A stretch of DNA of 59,755 bases. Source: Elusimicrobiota bacterium. GTDB taxonomy: Bacteria; Elusimicrobiota; Elusimicrobia; Elusimicrobiales; UBA9959. Made by a program: the position numbers and the translations under genes. Of the stretch, positions 55,187-59,755 are shown piece by piece. Where the stretch lies: NCBI GenBank assembly GCA_026388125.1, contig JAPLKJ010000273.1, forward strand, positions 1 through 59,755, given 5' to 3'. How positions within the stretch are numbered: position 1 is the first letter of the stretch; every line of letters starts with the position of its first letter. A model generated the notes under the pieces. The model made no database searches. It was given only the letters and a program-made list of their open reading frames with translations, and was not told where the DNA came from.

Positions 55187-56863
55187 ATGCCCGGTAAAAC
55201 TGTCAGCATAGATACGCGCGGCCGCGGCTTTTTCGCCGCGCTGGCGCTGACGGCGCTGTTGTTCGCCTGGACGGCGGTGGGACCGTGCCTGGACAACGGC
55301 TTCATCAACTGGGACGAAACGCTGTATATCCTGAACAACCCGAAGATAAAAACGCTTACGCCGGCCGGCGTCAGGACCATCTTCACGTCGCGCGACCTGG
55401 AGATGTATTCCCCGCTGTCCACGCTGAGCTACGCGGTCAATTACCGGTTTTCGGGACTCTCGCCGAAAGGGTACCACGCTGCCGCCATCGCGCTGCATCT
55501 CGCCAACACGCTGCTGGTGATGTTCCTGGTCCGCCTGCTGCTGCCCGGGGTCTGGCCGGCTTTCCTGTGCGGTATTTTTTTCGGGATACACCCGGCCCAT
55601 GTGGAATCGGTGGCGTGGGCGGCGGAAAGGAAAGACCTGCTGTACGCGTTCTTCTACCTGCTGGCGCTGTGCGCCTACGCGCGGGGCCTGGGGCGCGGGG
55701 ACCGGTGGAAATATTATGCCGCCGCGCTGGGGCTGTTCGCCTGCTCGCTGTTGTCCAAGCCCATGGCCGTTACGCTGCCGCTGGCGCTGCTGCTGATAGA
55801 CTACCTGAAGCTGGAAAAGCTGCGCCTGCGGGACTGGCTTAACAAGGCGCCATTCTTTATCGTGGCGGCGGTCTTTTCCGCGGCCGCTCTGCCCGCGGCC
55901 GGCGCGGCGGCGCAATGGGCGCCTTTCGCCAGGCGCCTGGCGGTGGCCGTTTATAACCTCGGGTTCTACGTTTACACGCTGGTCTGGCCTTTCAACCTGT
56001 CGGCCATGTACGTGCGGCCGCTGGGCGGAGAGCGGGCCATATACGCCGCCGCGGTCTGCGTGGCGGCGGCCGCCGGCGCCTTATTGTTCTATTACCGCCG
56101 CAACAGGACGGTGCTGTTCGGAGCGGGCTTCTACGCGGTCATGCTGCTGCCGGTGCTGCAGTTCTTCCCGTTCGGCCCGGTGATCTCCGCGGACAGATAT
56201 ACGTACCTGTCCTCGCTGGGCATTTTTATCGCCTCGGCCGCAGCCGGGGAGGGCGTCTGGGCGCGGGCCGGCGAGCCGCGGCGCAAAATTATTATCGTTC
56301 TGCTAGCGCTGGCCGCGCTGGGGTTTACGGTGGCGGCGCGCGTGCGCTGCGCTGTGTGGAAGGACAGCGTTGCGCTGTGGACCGACACGCTGCACAAACA
56401 GCCCGCAGCAGGCCCGGCGCTGGTAAGCCTCTGCTCCGCGTACCTGCAGGGCGGCATGGAGGAGCAGGCCGCCGCCTGCCTGGGCGAGGCCATACGGCGC
56501 TACCCGGGCAAGGACGATAACTATTACAACCTCGGGCTGCTGCTGTTCAAAAAAGGCGACTACGCGGCGGCGCGGAAATATTTCGGGAGGACGCTGGAGC
56601 TCAACGGCGGGCACGCTAAAGCCCTGCTGATGATGGGGCACCTGGCGCTGCTGGACCGCGACTCCGCCGCCGCCGAGCGCTTCTGCCTGCGGTCGCTCGA
56701 AAGCGACGGCGCCGACGCGCCCGCGCTGCGCATCCTGGCCGGCATCGCCGCCGAGCGCGGGGAGAAAGCCGGCGCGCTGCGGTATTACGAGCGGGCGCTG
56801 GCGGTGGACCCTTCCGACCTTAAGACCAGCGAGGCCGCCGCGGCGCTGCGCGGCCGGCGGTAG
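55187..56863 (+). CDS. TMTC-like GT-C membrane protein with C-terminal TPR repeats (paralogue D)
   Basis: FINWDETLYI, YSPLSTLSY, AIALHLANTLLVM and IHPAHVESVAWAAERKDLL, then TPRs (YYNLGLLLFKKGDYAAARKYFGRTLELN). Confidence 0.7.
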   Translation: MPGKTVSIDTRGRGFFAALALTALLFAWTAVGPCLDNGFINWDETLYILNNPKIKTLTPAGVRTIFTSRDLEMYSPLSTLSYAVNYRFSGLSPKGYHAAAIALHLANTLLVMFLVRLLLPGVWPAFLCGIFFGIHPAHVESVAWAAERKDLLYAFFYLLALCAYARGLGRGDRWKYYAAALGLFACSLLSKPMAVTLPLALLLIDYLKLEKLRLRDWLNKAPFFIVAAVFSAAALPAAGAAAQWAPFARRLAVAVYNLGFYVYTLVWPFNLSAMYVRPLGGERAIYAAAVCVAAAAGALLFYYRRNRTVLFGAGFYAVMLLPVLQFFPFGPVISADRYTYLSSLGIFIASAAAGEGVWARAGEPRRKIIIVLLALAALGFTVAARVRCAVWKDSVALWTDTLHKQPAAGPALVSLCSAYLQGGMEEQAAACLGEAIRRYPGKDDNYYNLGLLLFKKGDYAAARKYFGRTLELNGGHAKALLMMGHLALLDRDSAAAERFCLRSLESDGADAPALRILAGIAAERGEKAGALRYYERALAVDPSDLKTSEAAAALRGRR

Positions 56864-56864
56864 C

Positions 56865-57611
56865 ATGCTGTATTTCGACGCGCACAACCACCTGCAGGAC
56901 TATTCTTCCGCGGCCGCGCTGGCCGCGGCGCTGGCCGCCGCTCCGCCCGGCGGGATGCTGTGCTGCGCCACGCGCCCGGGCGACTGGCGGCGGGTGCTGG
57001 AGCTAGCCGCCGGCGATAAAAGAATAACGCCGTGCCTGGGCGTGCACCCGTGGTTCGCCGCCGAAGCCGCCGCCGGCTGGCTGGAAGACCTGGAAGAGGC
57101 GCTGCTGGGCGCCCCGGCCTGCGCGGGGGAGATAGGCCTGGACGGCGCGCGGCCCGCGCCCGGGCAGGAAGAAATATTCAGGGCGCAGCTGGGGCTGGCT
57201 AAAAAGCTCGGCCGCCCGGCGGTGATCCATTGCGTTAAAAGCTGGGGCCGGCTGACGGCCATCCTTAAAGAGCTGCGCCCCGCGGCGTTCATGCTGCATT
57301 CCTACGGCGGGTCCGCGGGAGCGGCGGCCGAGCTGGCGGAGCTGGGCGGATATTTTTCTTTCAGCGGGGCGATAATGGAGCCAGGCCGGGCGAAGCTGCG
57401 CGCGGCGATGGCCGCCGTCCCGCGCGGCCGGCTGCTGTTCGAAACCGACTCGCCCGCGCCCGGGGCGGAGGACTGGCGTTCTGGTCCGGTCGGCATAATG
57501 GAGGTGGTGGCCGCCGCGGCAGCCGTTCTGGGCCTGCCTGCCGCCGAGCTGGCTGAACTTTCCTATAAGAACGGGCGCGCATTTACGGGCCGGTGTGGCC
57601 GGTCCCCGTAA
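56865..57611 (+). CDS. TatD-family metal-dependent hydrolase
   Basis: FDAHNHL N-terminus, with GEIGLD, IHCV and ETDSP motifs. Confidence 0.85.
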   Translation: MLYFDAHNHLQDYSSAAALAAALAAAPPGGMLCCATRPGDWRRVLELAAGDKRITPCLGVHPWFAAEAAAGWLEDLEEALLGAPACAGEIGLDGARPAPGQEEIFRAQLGLAKKLGRPAVIHCVKSWGRLTAILKELRPAAFMLHSYGGSAGAAAELAELGGYFSFSGAIMEPGRAKLRAAMAAVPRGRLLFETDSPAPGAEDWRSGPVGIMEVVAAAAAVLGLPAAELAELSYKNGRAFTGRCGRSP

Positions 57612-57641
57612 ATTGCGCGCCCGCTGTCAGGTCCGTATCCG

Positions 57642-59755
57642 CTAATGCGCCGCAGGAGCCGCAGCTGCGGGCGCCGCCGGTGCGGCCGCTTTCGCTTTGG
57701 CGCCGGCGAAGTCGCCGGCCTGCACGAAGGTTAATTTGGCCGGCAGGATATGGCGCGCGAAAGCCTCCTGCAGCTGCCGCGGCGTGAGGGCCGCCACCTT
57801 GTTCTCGAGGTCGCCGTACCAGGCCATGGCACGGCCTACGTATTCATTGCGCGCCAGGCGCTGCACCAGCCGGGAATCCTGCGAGCGCTCCACGCGGCGG
57901 GCCTGCAGCCAGCCGGCCTTGGCCTCGCGCACTTCGTCGGCGGTGAAGCCGCTGGTTATGATCCGGTCCAGTTCCTCGCGGAACGCCTTCTCCAGCCTCG
58001 CGGCGTTCTCGGGGTTATAGATGGCGTTCGCCTGGAAGCCGCCCAGCTTGTCCAGCGCGTCCGCCCAGAAGTAGGAGCCCACGCCGTAGCTGAGGCCTTC
58101 TTTCTGGCGGATGCGGGCGGCCAGGCGCGAGTTAAGGAAGCCGCCGCCGGTCATGAAGTTAGCCAGCACCAGCGCCGGGTAGTCGGGGTCGTCATCGCGC
58201 AGCGCTAAGTTCATGCCCAGCAGCATGTTGGCGTTGGCCTTGTCGGGAGTTTGAATGATGAGCTGCACCGGCGCCGCTTCCTGGTAAGCTGTAACTATGC
58301 GTTCGAACGGTTTGGCGCTGGTCCAGCCGCCGAACAGTTCCTCCGCCAGCGCCGTCGCTTCTTTCGGGTCGAAGTCGCCCACCAGCGCCAGCTGGCCGGA
58401 CGAGGCCCCGTAGAAGTCCCTGTGGAACGCTTTCACCGCGTCCAGCCCGGCGGACGCGATCCGCTCTATCCGTTCCTCGGGGGTGGCGGTATAGCGTATG
58501 TCATCGGGCGGGAAAGGGTTGAGGTGGCGCTCGTACGCCGTCCCCGCTATGGCCTCGGGCTGGTGCCGCTCTTCCTCTATGGCGGCCAGCTCCTCCTGCT
58601 TGAGGGTTTCGAATTCCTCCGCCGGGAAGGCCGGCTCGCGCAGGATCTCCGCCGTCAGCCGCAGCGCCGCGGCCAGGTGGGTGCGGTCCGTCTCCAGCGT
58701 GGTGTAGCCGCCGGTTACGGAGGCGCGGGTGTTGAGCTTGTCGAACTCGTCCTGTATCTGCTGGCGGGTGTGACGCAGCGTGCCGCGCATCAGCATGGAG
58801 TCGGTCAGGTCCTTGGCGGCGGCAAGCCCTTTAAGGCTCTGCTCCGTGCCCATATTCAGGCTCAGGCTCACCCGCACGGCCGCGCCGCGCGTTTTCTTCG
58901 GCAGCAGCGCCAGCTTAAGCCCGCCTTTCAGCGCGGCATGGCTGGTGCGGCGGTCGATATTGTCCGTGGACGGATCGAAGGCCTCACCGGCGGCCAGCGC
59001 CTCTCCGCCCTTGTAGTCCTTGACCAGCGCGGCGATATCGGCGGTGGCGGGGACCTCGGCCCGGTCCGGCTTCTCGGTGGGGTAGAACAGTCCCAGCGTG
59101 CGGTTGCTGGGCTTGAGGTAGGCGGCGGCCACGCGCTGCACGTCGGCGGCGGTGACCGTCTTGAGCCAGTCGCGCTTCATGAAGAACAGGCGCCAGTCGC
59201 CTTCCGCCATCGACTCCGACATCTGCAGGCCTACGCGCTCGGACGACTTCAGCGTCAGGTCCACTTCCTTGAGCAGCGCTACGCGCGCCCTTTCCACGTC
59301 CTCCGCGCCGAACGCGCCGGCCGCGGCTTGTTCCACGATCCTGAGCATGATGTCGCGCGCTTCTTCCAGTGAATTTTCCTTGCGCACGATGGCGCCGAAG
59401 ATAATGAGGCCCGGCTCGCGCAGCGCGTAGTTGAAGCCGTAGGCGGCCGACGCTTTCTTCGTTTCAACCAGGGCCTTGTACAGGCGCCCCGAGGGAGTGT
59501 CGCCGAGGATATAGGCGAGCACGTCCAGCGCCACGCTGTCCCGCATGGAGGCGGCCGGAATATGATAGGCGGCCATCGCGGCCTGCGTGTCGCCCACCCG
59601 GCGCAGCGTCACCAGGCGCTCGCCGTCCTGCGTGGGCTCGGCCGTGTAGGTGGAGGGCAGCGCGCGCGCGGGTTTGGGGACGGCGCCGAACTTCGCCTGG
59701 ATAAGGGACAGCGTTTTTTCGGGGTCGAAGTCGCCGGCCACCACCAGCACCGCGT
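57642..59755 (-). CDS. M16 (pitrilysin/insulinase) family peptidase, N-terminus beyond window edge
   Basis: The ORF is open to the right edge. It holds repeated M16 non-catalytic and C-terminal domains (VVAGDFDP, LALVGDFDP). The HxxEH region is not in the window. Confidence 0.75.
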   Translation of the reverse strand, partial: AVLVVAGDFDPEKTLSLIQAKFGAVPKPARALPSTYTAEPTQDGERLVTLRRVGDTQAAMAAYHIPAASMRDSVALDVLAYILGDTPSGRLYKALVETKKASAAYGFNYALREPGLIIFGAIVRKENSLEEARDIMLRIVEQAAAGAFGAEDVERARVALLKEVDLTLKSSERVGLQMSESMAEGDWRLFFMKRDWLKTVTAADVQRVAAAYLKPSNRTLGLFYPTEKPDRAEVPATADIAALVKDYKGGEALAAGEAFDPSTDNIDRRTSHAALKGGLKLALLPKKTRGAAVRVSLSLNMGTEQSLKGLAAAKDLTDSMLMRGTLRHTRQQIQDEFDKLNTRASVTGGYTTLETDRTHLAAALRLTAEILREPAFPAEEFETLKQEELAAIEEERHQPEAIAGTAYERHLNPFPPDDIRYTATPEERIERIASAGLDAVKAFHRDFYGASSGQLALVGDFDPKEATALAEELFGGWTSAKPFERIVTAYQEAAPVQLIIQTPDKANANMLLGMNLALRDDDPDYPALVLANFMTGGGFLNSRLAARIRQKEGLSYGVGSYFWADALDKLGGFQANAIYNPENAARLEKAFREELDRIITSGFTADEVREAKAGWLQARRVERSQDSRLVQRLARNEYVGRAMAWYGDLENKVAALTPRQLQEAFARHILPAKLTFVQAGDFAGAKAKAAAPAAPAAAAPAAH

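Overview
High-GC, gene-dense chromosomal segment of about 58 credible CDS, with most gaps under 100 nt. The host is a diderm bacterium, judged from MacAB-TolC, lipobox lipoproteins and a periplasmic adaptor. Content is mostly housekeeping: pyrimidine synthesis (pyrC, pyrD, pyrF, pyrE), mismatch repair (mutL, mutS), cytochrome bd oxidase (cydAB), a MacB/MacA/TolC efflux operon, tRNA modification (dus, trmO), folD, nadA, an Nfu-type Fe-S protein, a PduO-type corrinoid adenosyltransferase, an NCS2 purine permease, a cell-wall amidase, two glycerophosphodiesterases and TatD. ccdA is cut by the left edge and an M16 peptidase by the right edge. Many long ORFs in the six-frame track are antisense or alternate-frame artefacts of the high GC and were not called. 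I found no rRNA, tRNA, CRISPR array, transposase, integrase, phage gene or recognisable defence gene, so I cannot nominate a clear new system. The best candidates for follow-up are: (1) the only large gap, an AT-richer stretch at 49586-50414 with two micro-ORFs, a palindrome and a hairpin, lying next to a CpaB/RcpC-like lipoprotein operon; (2) an orphan, motif-degenerate CpaF-like ATPase paired with a LuxR-type regulator beside cydAB; (3) a single-chain protein with two retropepsin-like lobes; (4) three TMTC-like GT-C/TPR membrane proteins plus one ArnT-like protein within 16 kb; (5) a CheY/CheC-like pair wedged inside the pyr operon; (6) two disrupted genes, one with a homopolymer frameshift and one with an internal deletion; (7) a G20 homopolymer between convergent genes. 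Every functional call rests on motif recognition by eye, and no database search was run.
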